54,188 nt of DNA from Bacillota bacterium (GTDB lineage Bacteria; Bacillota; Sulfobacillia; Sulfobacillales; JAIMBI01): positions 1-54,188 of the forward strand of contig JAKATP010000005.1 of assembly GCA_021818685.1 (NCBI GenBank). Reading direction: 5' to 3'. The notes beneath the pieces were generated by a model, which saw only the letters and a program-made list of their open reading frames with translations, was not told where the DNA came from and did no database searches. The position numbers were made by a program, and so were the translations under genes. This document shows, in pieces, positions 40,816 to 49,763 of this stretch; the stretch's first letter is position 1, and every line of letters begins with the position of its first letter.

Positions 40816-41220
40816 ATGGCAGACTACCCGCTTACGGTCGTCACGCCGGAAGGTGTGGTGTATGAGGGACCGGTCACGGAAATCATCCTGCGGGGCAGCG
40901 AGGGGGATCTTGGCGTCCTGGCCCATCACATGCCACTCGTGACAGCGGTTCTTCCCTGCGTGCTACACGTCGTCGAGACCGATGGCACAAGACGCCGCTT
41001 CGCCCTCGGCGGTGGTTTTCTGGAAGTGGGCCGCGAGGAGACGGTGGTGCTGGCCGATACGGCCGAGCCGTCCGAGCAGATAAACCGGAGCCGTGCGGAG
41101 GACGCGAGGCGCCGGGCTCAGGAGCGCATCGATCGCGGTGGGGTCGATCTCGACCTGGCGCGGGCGAGGGCCGCCCTGGCCCGCGCGGAGGCGAGGCTCG
41201 GCGCACTCGACGGCGAGTAA
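40816..41220 (+). CDS. atpC: F1 subunit epsilon
   Basis: VVTP, G.LGVL.HH.P, GGFLEV, RA..RL. Confidence 0.95.
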   Translation: MADYPLTVVTPEGVVYEGPVTEIILRGSEGDLGVLAHHMPLVTAVLPCVLHVVETDGTRRRFALGGGFLEVGREETVVLADTAEPSEQINRSRAEDARRRAQERIDRGGVDLDLARARAALARAEARLGALDGE

Positions 41221-42183
41221 ATGGCCGTCCCATCGCGCGACCAGGAGCGGGGGAAGCCCGCAGGCCTGTTCGGGCTTCCCCGCGCGGGGTTATTCCACCT
41301 GTTGGTTGTCTATCTCGTCTGGGGCAGCACCTATCTGGGCATCCGCCTGGCCGTGGAAGGCCCCCATGGCTTTCCACCGTTTTACCTAGGGGCCGTCCGG
41401 ATGCTGCTCGGTGGTGGAGGGCTTCTGGCCTACGCCGTTATCCGGGGCCGGCCGGTGCGTTTTAGTACGCGGAGCTTGGCGGTGGCCGCTCTCTCGGGCG
41501 TCTTCTTATGGGTGGGTGGCAACGGGCTCGTGATGGTGGCCGAGCGGCATCTGCCCTCCGGTTACTCGGCCCTCGTGATGGGCGGCCTCCCAATCTGGGT
41601 CACCATCATCGGACTCTTTTCCGGACAGCGCCTACGACCGATCTTGGTCGCCGGCATGCTCATCGGCCTCGGGGGGCTTTACTTTCTGACCCGCACAAGT
41701 CTTCACCTCGCCACGGGCCATCAGATCTTGATTCTCCTGCTCGTCGCCGCCAGCTGGTGCTGGGCGCTCGGCATGTCGTTTCAACGCTGGTGGCTCACAA
41801 CCACGGACGCCCAGGTGAGTTCGGCCTGGCAACAGCTGTTCGCCGGCGGGGTATTCGTCTTTTTGGCGCTCGTGACCCATGAACCCCTGCCCCATCCCGG
41901 TAGCACGGCCCTCATCGGCGCCGCGTACCTGGTGGTACTCGGGTCCTGGCTCGCGTTTACCTCGTTCATTTTGGCGACCCGCCTGCTGCCGATGACGGTG
42001 GTGACCACCTACTCCTACGTGAATCCGCTCGTGGCGGTCGTGCTCGGCGCTCTGGTGCTGGGGGAGCGGGTGACGTCCATGATGGCGGTGGGCGGATTCC
42101 TCCTCCTGCTGGGAGTAGGCGCCGTCATCCAGAGTCAGCGGACGCCGGCCCCGGTGCGGATGTCCGAGGCGACTCAGGGTTGA
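41221..42183 (+). CDS. EamA/DMT family transporter (YedA-like)
   Basis: VYLVWGSTY, PPF....R, GNG, YVNP.VAV.LG...LGE. Confidence 0.9.
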   Translation: MAVPSRDQERGKPAGLFGLPRAGLFHLLVVYLVWGSTYLGIRLAVEGPHGFPPFYLGAVRMLLGGGGLLAYAVIRGRPVRFSTRSLAVAALSGVFLWVGGNGLVMVAERHLPSGYSALVMGGLPIWVTIIGLFSGQRLRPILVAGMLIGLGGLYFLTRTSLHLATGHQILILLLVAASWCWALGMSFQRWWLTTTDAQVSSAWQQLFAGGVFVFLALVTHEPLPHPGSTALIGAAYLVVLGSWLAFTSFILATRLLPMTVVTTYSYVNPLVAVVLGALVLGERVTSMMAVGGFLLLLGVGAVIQSQRTPAPVRMSEATQG

Positions 42184-42262
42184 GCTGGATTCCCATGCGA
42201 ACCTGAGGCATCAACCGCGACAGGTGGGACTCGTTGGCCTTGCCTGTCCCGGTTCTCTACCT

Positions 42263-42772
42263 CTACTCGGGAATGGTCCATGCCCAGTCGAGCATGTGGT
42301 CCTGTTCTGCTGCCCGTTGCATGCCCAGTTTCTCCATCACCCTGATGGAGGCCAGGTTGTCTGACAGGCACTCCGCGGTGATGGGTCTTACGGATGGCTG
42401 TTGCCACGCCCCATGGACGAAGGCACGGCCCATCTCCGTGGCATATCCCTGCCCCTGGTAGTTCGGCACGATGTCGTATCCGATTTCGACCGCGCCATCG
42501 TCGTCAGGCGGCGCTTTAAAGCCCATCGAGCCGATAACGACGCGGTCTCCGGTATGAACGATCATGCCGTTCCACCAGCCATAGCCAGGATGGCATCGTA
42601 CGCGGGCCAAGGTGGTGGGCAACACCAAGTTACGGACGGGGTGGTTCGGGAACCCGGGAGCAAGCGTTGCCCCCACGATGGTTTCCAACGGTGAGGAATC
42701 ATGCAGAACCGCGTCAATCAGCTCGGCGGTCCAGGACACCATTGGCAGCCGTTGGGTGCGCACGTCGGCCAA
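42263..42772 (-). CDS. GNAT (RimJ/RimL-like) acetyltransferase
   Basis: EIGY.I.P.YQGQGYATE, N.ASIRVMEKLG. Confidence 0.88.
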   Translation of the reverse strand: MADVRTQRLPMVSWTAELIDAVLHDSSPLETIVGATLAPGFPNHPVRNLVLPTTLARVRCHPGYGWWNGMIVHTGDRVVIGSMGFKAPPDDDGAVEIGYDIVPNYQGQGYATEMGRAFVHGAWQQPSVRPITAECLSDNLASIRVMEKLGMQRAAEQDHMLDWAWTIPE

Positions 42773-42881
42773 TACGGTTCGTCCCCTGATTGTGTCACGG
42801 GGGACGTTTCGTCCGCCCTCCGTGACGAAGATGATGGTCGGCGCTCCGGTCGCCGTGGGGCTTGATCGACACGGGGAGGCG

Positions 42882-44402
42882 TCATCCCCCGGGATCCCTG
42901 TCGGGGGGGCGGCGGCCGGTGTGCGAGCCTCGCCCGCAGCCTGGCGGCGGGAGGGGACCCGTACTCGTGGTGGAACCTTCCTCGTTGTCCGTCCGATCCG
43001 GCTCGGCGCTGGCGCCTTCAGGTACGAAGAGCGGCAGGCGAATAAAGAAATGGGCGCCCCCTTCCGGGTTGTTGTAAGCCCCCACCCGACCCCCGTGGGC
43101 CTGCACGAGGGCCGCTACGATGGCAAGACCGAGGCCGGCGCCGCCGGTGGCACGGGTCCGGGAGGATTCGGCTCGGAAAAAGCGCTCGAAGACGCGTTCC
43201 GCGTCGGCCGGCAGGCCGGGGCCGTCATCGGTGACATCGACCTGAACCTCCGAGTCCACCTGGGCGACAACGAGCCGCGTGCGCGTGCCGGGCGGCGTGT
43301 GTGCGCGCACGTTCGCGAGCAGATTATCGAGTACTTGGCGGAGGCGCGCCGGATCTCCCAGCACCTCGACCGGCCGGCGCGCCTCCACCGTGACTGGCCA
43401 CTCCGGGCCCACGAGTCGCGCCGCCTCGGCCGCGTCAAGGGCCACCTTCACGAGTTCGACCGGCTCGCGAGCGAGCGGCCGGCCTTCGTCAAGCCTCGCG
43501 AGGAGGAGCAGGTCTTCCACCAGACCGCCCATCCGGGCGCTCTCCCGCTCGATGCCGTGGATGACGCGCGCCAGGTCCTCCGGCCGATGTTGGGCGCCGC
43601 GCGAGAACAACTCGGCGTACGCGCGGACGGCTGCCACCGGGGTCCTCAATTCGTGGGAAGCATCAGCCACGAATTGCCGCAGGCGGGCCTCGGTGGCATC
43701 CCGGCGCGCAAAGGCGTCCTCGATGCGGTCGAGCATCAGGTTGAAGGCACGCGCAAGCCGCCCGAGTTCCGTATGGGGCGGGGGTTCTGGCACCCTCCGG
43801 TCGAGCTCGCCGGCGGTAATGGCGGCGGTTGCCGTTTCCATCGCCCGCAGTGGACGTAACCCGGCGTGGACGAGCCACCAGCCAAGCGCCACGGCGGCGG
43901 CCAGGGCGAAGGCCGCCACGGCCAGCTCTACGGCGATGAGGCGGTCGAGCACCCCGTTCACAGCCGTGAGGGGGTCGGCGAGGATGAGGTAGACCCCGTT
44001 CATAAGGGTCGAGACCTGCACGTGAAAGTCAGGCCCGCCGGCGGCCTGCGACGGGCGGTTGAAGTACTCCCATCCGGTGCCGGGATTCTTGATGGCGGCG
44101 GGCAGGGCGGGCCGGTAGGCTTTCCCGGCCAGGTAGGCGGGCGCGAGCTCGAAGATCTTGCCTGAAGCATAAATGCCGATGTACATGCCGGGCGCGTCCT
44201 GGGCGGCTATAGCGGGCGGGAGACCGCGGGCGAGACTCTCGTCCACCAGCACGGAGACGGGAGCGGCTGCGCGCTGCATCTCGGCCTCTACCTGGCGATA
44301 GAGCTCGGCGTGCAACGCCGAGTAGGTCGCGACCCCGAACACGGCCAGCGCCAGAAGCGCCACCAGTGTGGCGGCTGAGAGAAGCCGAGCCCGGAGCGAC
44401 AC
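42882..44402 (-). CDS. HAMP-domain sensor histidine kinase
   Basis: 2 TM segments, HAMP domain, ADASHELRTP, N box, D.GPG, F box, GAGLGL. Confidence 0.95.
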   Translation of the reverse strand: MSLRARLLSAATLVALLALAVFGVATYSALHAELYRQVEAEMQRAAAPVSVLVDESLARGLPPAIAAQDAPGMYIGIYASGKIFELAPAYLAGKAYRPALPAAIKNPGTGWEYFNRPSQAAGGPDFHVQVSTLMNGVYLILADPLTAVNGVLDRLIAVELAVAAFALAAAVALGWWLVHAGLRPLRAMETATAAITAGELDRRVPEPPPHTELGRLARAFNLMLDRIEDAFARRDATEARLRQFVADASHELRTPVAAVRAYAELFSRGAQHRPEDLARVIHGIERESARMGGLVEDLLLLARLDEGRPLAREPVELVKVALDAAEAARLVGPEWPVTVEARRPVEVLGDPARLRQVLDNLLANVRAHTPPGTRTRLVVAQVDSEVQVDVTDDGPGLPADAERVFERFFRAESSRTRATGGAGLGLAIVAALVQAHGGRVGAYNNPEGGAHFFIRLPLFVPEGASAEPDRTDNEEGSTTSTGPLPPPGCGRGSHTGRRPPDRDPGG

Positions 44403-44403
44403 G

Positions 44404-45114
44404 TCAGATCTCCGGATCCGGTTCGCGGAGTCGGTATCCGACGAGGCGCACGGTCTGAATGAGGGGCGGGCCCAGGCGGTCCAGCTTCTTGCGCAGATAG
44501 CTCACATACGTTTCGACGATGCTCGGATCGCCCCCAAAGTCGTAATGCCATACGTGATCGACAATCTGCGCTTTGGACAGCACCCGGCGTGGGTTTTGCA
44601 AGAAGAACCGCAGAAGCTGAAACTCCGTGGCCGACAGATGAATGGGGGAGCCGGCTCGAAACACCTCGTGCGTGTCCTCGTCCAGCACGACATCCGCAAA
44701 CTCAAGCCGTGAGCGGTTGGTCTCGGCGTCATGCCCGGTCCGCCGCAGAATGGCGCGGACGCGGGCTACCACCTCCGCCAGCGCAAACGGTTTGGTTACA
44801 TAGTCGTCCCCGCCCACGGTGAGGCCCATGACCTTGTCCTCGAGCGCGTCTTTGGCGGTGAGAAACAAGACAGGGCTTCGCACCCCATCCTGGCGAAGCC
44901 GCCGGGTCACTTCCAGGCCGTCGAGGTCAGGCAGCATGATATCCAAGACGATGAGGTCCGGCGGCGCGTCCTGGGCCATCGCCAGGGCGGCCCGGCCGCT
45001 GGCCGCTTCCCGGACCTCAAATCCTTCGTAACGAAGCGTCGTCGATACGGCGTCGACGATGGCCGGTTCGTCGTCCACGACCAACACTGCGGGCCGCTCG
45101 CCTGCCGTTGTCAT
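44404..45114 (-). CDS. OmpR/PhoB-family response regulator
   Basis: VVDDE, LDIMLP, LTAKD, DDYVTKPF, wHTH VETYVSYLRKK, TVR.VGY. Confidence 0.95.
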   Translation of the reverse strand: MTTAGERPAVLVVDDEPAIVDAVSTTLRYEGFEVREAASGRAALAMAQDAPPDLIVLDIMLPDLDGLEVTRRLRQDGVRSPVLFLTAKDALEDKVMGLTVGGDDYVTKPFALAEVVARVRAILRRTGHDAETNRSRLEFADVVLDEDTHEVFRAGSPIHLSATEFQLLRFFLQNPRRVLSKAQIVDHVWHYDFGGDPSIVETYVSYLRKKLDRLGPPLIQTVRLVGYRLREPDPEI

Positions 45115-45177
45115 GCCCACTCCTCGTTTCGATGCCGAGCTGACACCCGGGCTGTTTTTCCGAGCGTAGCAGACGAA

Positions 45178-45227
45178 GTGAGAGGCTGCTGGGTCTTCGC
45201 TCAGTTTTCTCTGAGTGCCGCCTGGGA
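45178..45227 (-). promoter_or_regulatory. 11-bp-periodic direct repeat array, putative response-regulator binding sites
   Basis: Minus-strand hexamers TCCCAG, ACTCAG, ACTGAG, ACCCAG and TCTCAC at exact 11-bp spacing upstream of the regulator. Confidence 0.55.
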
Positions 45228-45228
45228 G

Positions 45229-46383
45229 TCAGGGCTGGTAGTTGGCGGCAGCGGTAAAGACGGACCCGGTGCCGGACCCGACAAACCAGTAGAACACCCC
45301 CGGAATGCCGGCCTGGCGGGCGGCTTGAAGTTCGAGGACGAGACTTCTCCGATCGGTGAAGTAGACGGTGTGGCGTGCACGGCGTGGACCGTAGCGAAAG
45401 TACGGCACATCGCCGTGGGCATCCCATCGGATGCGGGCCCGATGCAACCCCGCCAGGCTCTTCACCTGAAGGAGCGTGAGGCCGGATGCGCGCCGTCCGA
45501 CCCAGTCGTACCCGTAAAACGGCAGCCCGAGACGAATCTTGGCCAGTGGAACGGTCGCCTTGGCATAGGTGAGCACCTGGCGGACCCACCAGAGGGGCGC
45601 GATGGGACCGGGGCGACTGCCCGGATATGAATAGTCGTAGGCCATGAGGAGTATGGCGTCCACCCGCCGGCCGAGCGCGCGATAGGAGAAGGCGCTCGAG
45701 CGGGCCCTCTTCGGGGTAAGGGCTGGCACGTCGATGCTGAGAAGTTTCTCGCGTCGGTGGAGAGCGGCCTCCAGCCGTCCGACAAAGGCGGTGAGGGCCC
45801 CGCGCTCACGGCGCGGAACGCCTTCGAAGTCGAGGTTGATGCCGGCATAGGGACCCGAGGTGGCCAAAGACACCAGGGCGGATATGAGTGCGGCCTCACG
45901 CCCCCCCTTGTTCAACAGGCGCACGAGAAGTTTCCGATCCGTACCGGCGTTCGGAGAGACCAGATTTGATACGGTGAGTTCGATAGGCACATGGTGGGCC
46001 GCTAGCTCCGAGACGAGCGACGGCGGCGCACTATCGTAGAGTCCGCCTTGGCTCGTGATGACCGCGGCGTCGAGGTAGACCATCGCGAGCTTAGGAGCCT
46101 GCGCGGCAAACACACGGACGGACGCGGGATCGTACAACACGACGAAACCGCTGTCTCTCGGCGGAGCGGGCGTGCGATTCACCGATGGCCGTTCGAATGC
46201 CGTTAGGGAGACCCCGATGACTGCTGCCAGCATCAGGGCAGCAAACCGGGGAGGGAGGCGGTGGCGAGTGGGCCCTTGGTCTTGCGTCGTGTGTCCCGCC
46301 CCGTTTCGATCGAGGTGCCGCGCCGCCGATGGCTGCCGGGCATCTTCCGGGTTTCTGGCATCGCGGGCGCGTTTCCTGCCCAT
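45229..46383 (-). CDS. Glycoside hydrolase family 18 protein, membrane-anchored/secreted
   Basis: GINLDFEG catalytic motif, LMAYD, PGPIAP..W, LG.PFYGYDW. Start is uncertain. Confidence 0.85.
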   Translation of the reverse strand: MGRKRARDARNPEDARQPSAARHLDRNGAGHTTQDQGPTRHRLPPRFAALMLAAVIGVSLTAFERPSVNRTPAPPRDSGFVVLYDPASVRVFAAQAPKLAMVYLDAAVITSQGGLYDSAPPSLVSELAAHHVPIELTVSNLVSPNAGTDRKLLVRLLNKGGREAALISALVSLATSGPYAGINLDFEGVPRRERGALTAFVGRLEAALHRREKLLSIDVPALTPKRARSSAFSYRALGRRVDAILLMAYDYSYPGSRPGPIAPLWWVRQVLTYAKATVPLAKIRLGLPFYGYDWVGRRASGLTLLQVKSLAGLHRARIRWDAHGDVPYFRYGPRRARHTVYFTDRRSLVLELQAARQAGIPGVFYWFVGSGTGSVFTAAANYQP

Positions 46384-46467
46384 CGAACATCCATCGAACA
46401 TCCATCGAACATCCATCGAACATCCATCGAACATCCATCGAACATCCATCGAACATCCATCCAACGT
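46380..46467. repeat. Tandem repeat CCATCGAACAT x7 perfect + 1 degenerate copy
   Basis: Read directly: 46380-46456 perfect copies, then 46457-46467 CCATCCAACGT. Confidence 0.97.
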
Positions 46468-46708
46468 CCAGCAAGCGTTCGTCAAAGGGCTATCAAACGA
46501 CCCAAACCCAGGACGCGGTCTCACAAGACGCCAATGTCTCTCCGAGTGGGTTCTCAGGAGTCTCCAAGTTTGGGATCTCATCATGGGTGTTGCAGACAGA
46601 CGGGTCGTCAACAGCGCGGCCTGCGCGCCCCACACAACCATGGGGGTCACGGGATGGTTCGGACGTAAACGGGCTCATCGGAAGCGCCGGTCGCAGAGGT
46701 GCTGACAG

Positions 46709-46758
46709 AGTTCAGGTCCAATTCAGTTCAGGCAGATCAGATCACATCAGATCAGGTC
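46709..46758. repeat. Imperfect pentamer repeat (AGATC/AGTTC/AGGTC) upstream of htrA RBS
   Basis: agttc aggtc caatt cagtt caggc agatc agatc acatc agatc aggtc. Confidence 0.65.
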
Positions 46759-46777
46759 GGAAAGGAAGGGATGGCAA

Positions 46778-48001
46778 ATGTCCTTCGATGATCGACCCGA
46801 GGACGGTGTGGCCCGGCCGGAGCAGTCGGGCGACTCTTACCGCGGGCTCGGCCCCGGCACGCCGCGGCCGCGCTGGCACGCCTTGAGGACCGGAGCGGCG
46901 GTCGCCGCCATCGCCGTGCTGGCCGGGGGCGCCGGGGCCTTCGCCGCGCGCCACTATTTCAGCACGCCGTCCACTTCCATTTCGGTGGCGCCATCGACCG
47001 TCGCGAGTCAGGCCAGCGCTGTCGGCAATACCAACGTCAACGTCGGGAGCATCGCCAAGAAAGTCGAGCCAGCCGTGGTCGACATCAACGTGATCCTCCA
47101 ACAGGGCGAGGGCACGGCGGCCGGCACCGGGATGATTCTCACGTCATCGGGCGAGGTACTGACGAACAATCACGTGGTCGAGGGCTCCATTAGCATTAGG
47201 GTGACCGTACCCGGCCGGGGGACCTACAAGGCGCGCGTCATCGGAGTCGACCCGACGTCCGACGTGGCGCTGCTCCAGATCGAGGGTCTTAAGACCAGCC
47301 TGCCGACCGTCACCCTGGCCGGATCCGCACCGACTGTCGGCGAGCCGGTGGTCGCCATTGGCAATGCGCTCGGGATGAATGGCACCCCGACGGTCACCGA
47401 GGGCACCATCACCGCACTCGGCCGCAACATTACCGCGGGTGACACGCTTGGCAATAGTGAGCGCCTGCACGGGATGCTCCAGACGGACGCGGCCCTGGCC
47501 CCCGGCGACTCCGGTGGTCCGCTGGTGAATACGAACGGACAGGTTGTGGGCATGGACACCGCCGCCTATTCGGGCCAGCAGTCAAGCGCCAGCTTCACCA
47601 ACGTCGGCTTTGCGATTCCCATCGCGAGGGCACTTCACATCGTGCAGCAGATGCAGGCCGGGCAGGCGTCATCTACCGTGATCCTGACCCAGCGGCCCAT
47701 GATCGGCGTGGTGGCCGTGCCCACCAGCCAGGCGAGCCCCTTCTTCCTGAGCCAGCCCGGCATGCCGACCTCAGGTGCCTACGTTGAATACGTGGAACCC
47801 AACAGCCCGGCCGCCCAGGCGGGCATCACCCCGGGGGACGTCATCGTGGCCTTCAACGGGCAGACGGTCACGAGCCCGTCACAGCTGCAGTCGTTGGAGA
47901 AGCCGTTTCACGTGGGCCAACGTGTCAGCGTGGGATTCGTCAACACCGCCGGTCAACAGGAGAGCGCCACCATGACGCTCGTGCCGGCACCGGTCCCCTA
48001 A
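46778..48001 (+). CDS. htrA: HtrA/DegP-like membrane serine protease with PDZ domain
   Basis: TM segment, TNNHVV, DVALL, PGDSGGPL, GFAIP, C-terminal PDZ (SPAA.AG...GDVI). Confidence 0.92.
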   Translation: MSFDDRPEDGVARPEQSGDSYRGLGPGTPRPRWHALRTGAAVAAIAVLAGGAGAFAARHYFSTPSTSISVAPSTVASQASAVGNTNVNVGSIAKKVEPAVVDINVILQQGEGTAAGTGMILTSSGEVLTNNHVVEGSISIRVTVPGRGTYKARVIGVDPTSDVALLQIEGLKTSLPTVTLAGSAPTVGEPVVAIGNALGMNGTPTVTEGTITALGRNITAGDTLGNSERLHGMLQTDAALAPGDSGGPLVNTNGQVVGMDTAAYSGQQSSASFTNVGFAIPIARALHIVQQMQAGQASSTVILTQRPMIGVVAVPTSQASPFFLSQPGMPTSGAYVEYVEPNSPAAQAGITPGDVIVAFNGQTVTSPSQLQSLEKPFHVGQRVSVGFVNTAGQQESATMTLVPAPVP

Positions 48002-48033
48002 GGCCGGACGTTCCTGAACACGAAGGCTCGGGT

Positions 48034-48062
48034 CGCCTCCCGTCACAACCGGACGGGAGGCG
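48034..48062. terminator. Hairpin between convergent htrA and hydrolase
   Basis: CGCCTCCCGTC...GACGGGAGGCG inverted repeat. Confidence 0.6.
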
Positions 48063-48101
48063 GCCTGCGTTCCGGAGAGCGGCTTCGAGTCTAAAGCGCG
48101 T

Positions 48102-48938
48102 CTACCCTTCGGGTGGCCGCCGGCTCTCCCATAAAAATTCGACGATCGCGTCGTTCACGGCCCGCGGGTTGTCCTGGTGTGCGGCGTGGCCCGCGTTGGC
48201 AATGAGGACGTGCGTAGCCTGGTCCTCCTCACGCGCCCACCGGTCCGCTACCTGCTTGATGTTTCCGGTCGGGTCCTGATCACCGGCCACAATGAGCATG
48301 GGCTTTCCGAAGCGGTAATGGGGATCCGGGTGCAGGCAGCGCGCCGTTTCCAGGAAGACCCGGGTAAAGTCTCGGTGGCCGAGGACGCGGAAGCATTCGG
48401 CCATGTATCGCCGCACCTCGGGCCGCGTAGAGCTGGCGTGGCTGGCGGCGGACACGAGGGCGCCCCACGGATACCAGGCCAGGATGCGGGGAGCCAGCCG
48501 GACTGCGACGCGGTCGCTCCAGCCGAGCGTACCGGTATTGCGGGTGCAGTCGATAAGGACCAGGGCGTCGACGCGGTCCGGCTGCCGCACGGCCACCACC
48601 TGCGCCAGGTTCCCCCCCATCGAGTGTCCGATGAACGTGGCGCTGGCCACCTCTTCACGGTCCATGACGGCCAGCAGGTCATCAGTCAACAGATCAAACG
48701 AGAATCCGGCTCCGATCGGTCGGGAGAGGCCATGGCCACGGGCATCCCAGGCCAGGATGCGGTAGTCACGTCCGAGCGCAGGCAGCTGGGCCGAGAAGCT
48801 TTTGTGATCCGTACCCGCGCCGTGGAGCAGCACCACGGGGGGGTTTTGGGGATCTCCCCCGGACCAATAGTGGAGCGGGCAGCCGTCTTTCTCCAGGACC
48901 CGCGCCGAGAAGCGCTCGAAGCCCTCCGCGCTCGTCAT
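48102..48938 (-). CDS. Alpha/beta fold hydrolase
   Basis: LLHG, D.RGHG.S, GHSMGG, GDQD, AGH. Confidence 0.92.
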   Translation of the reverse strand: MTSAEGFERFSARVLEKDGCPLHYWSGGDPQNPPVVLLHGAGTDHKSFSAQLPALGRDYRILAWDARGHGLSRPIGAGFSFDLLTDDLLAVMDREEVASATFIGHSMGGNLAQVVAVRQPDRVDALVLIDCTRNTGTLGWSDRVAVRLAPRILAWYPWGALVSAASHASSTRPEVRRYMAECFRVLGHRDFTRVFLETARCLHPDPHYRFGKPMLIVAGDQDPTGNIKQVADRWAREEDQATHVLIANAGHAAHQDNPRAVNDAIVEFLWESRRPPEG

Positions 48939-48983
48939 AGTCGCCCTCCCGCCTCAGCATAACCGGGCCGGGGTGGTCGGGGC

Positions 48984-49763
48984 CTACTTCTCCGGGGGTT
49001 CAGGAGCTGGGCGCCGGCTCCGGCCGCGCCAGAAATCGCGGATCGGATCGAAATAGCGGTCCGCCACACGCTCTTTTAACGGAATGATGGCGTTTTCGGT
49101 GATGGCGATCGCTTCCGGACATACGTCTGAACAGCATCGGGTCACGTTGCACCAGTCGACGCCGCCCTCGCGGCGCACGTACGGTGTGCGGTCCCGCGTG
49201 TCGAGAGGGTGCATGTCGAGTTCCGCCAGTTTCAGCATAAAACGCGGCCCCATGTAGTGGTCTAGGCGATGATGATCGCGAAGCACGTGGCACACATCCT
49301 GACACAAGAAACACTCAATGCAGCGGCGAAACTCTTTGAGCCGTTCCACGTCCTCCGGCCACAGCTGAAACGGCGCTGGGTGCGCGGGGGTGAAGGGCGG
49401 AATACGGCGCGCGATTTCGTAGTTCTTTCGGATATCCGGCACCAGGTCACGGATGACGGGAAACGTTTTCATCGGTCCCACATGAACGGCCTCGTTCCGC
49501 CGCATATAATCATCCATCCGCGTCTTGCACAAGAGGCGCGGCCGTCCGTTCACCTCGGCCCCACACGATCCGCAGTGGGCGGCCTTGCAGTTCCAGCGCA
49601 CAGCCAGATCGGGCGCCTCATGCTGCTGGACGTACAAGACGGCGTCCAGCACCACCATCCCGGGGGATAGTTCTACCATGTACTGCCGTTCCTCGCCGCT
49701 CAGGCCGTCCCCGCGAAAGATCCAGATCGGCACCTCGCGGCCCCGGAACCCGTCCTCCGTCAT
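48984..49763 (-). CDS. sdhB: Succinate dehydrogenase/fumarate reductase Fe-S subunit (Sdh1-type)
   Basis: RWNCKAAHCGSC..C, CIECFLCQDVC, CNVTRCCSDVCP. Confidence 0.9.
   Translation of the reverse strand: MTEDGFRGREVPIWIFRGDGLSGEERQYMVELSPGMVVLDAVLYVQQHEAPDLAVRWNCKAAHCGSCGAEVNGRPRLLCKTRMDDYMRRNEAVHVGPMKTFPVIRDLVPDIRKNYEIARRIPPFTPAHPAPFQLWPEDVERLKEFRRCIECFLCQDVCHVLRDHHRLDHYMGPRFMLKLAELDMHPLDTRDRTPYVRREGGVDWCNVTRCCSDVCPEAIAITENAIIPLKERVADRYFDPIRDFWRGRSRRPAPEPPEK

Noticed and set aside
46380-46467. CRISPR array
   Set aside because: The 11-bp units are contiguous with no spacers, and there are no cas genes.
46384-46650. MDVRWMFDGCS repeat as a real protein domain
   Set aside because: It is the translation of the 11-bp DNA repeat and appears in all three frames.
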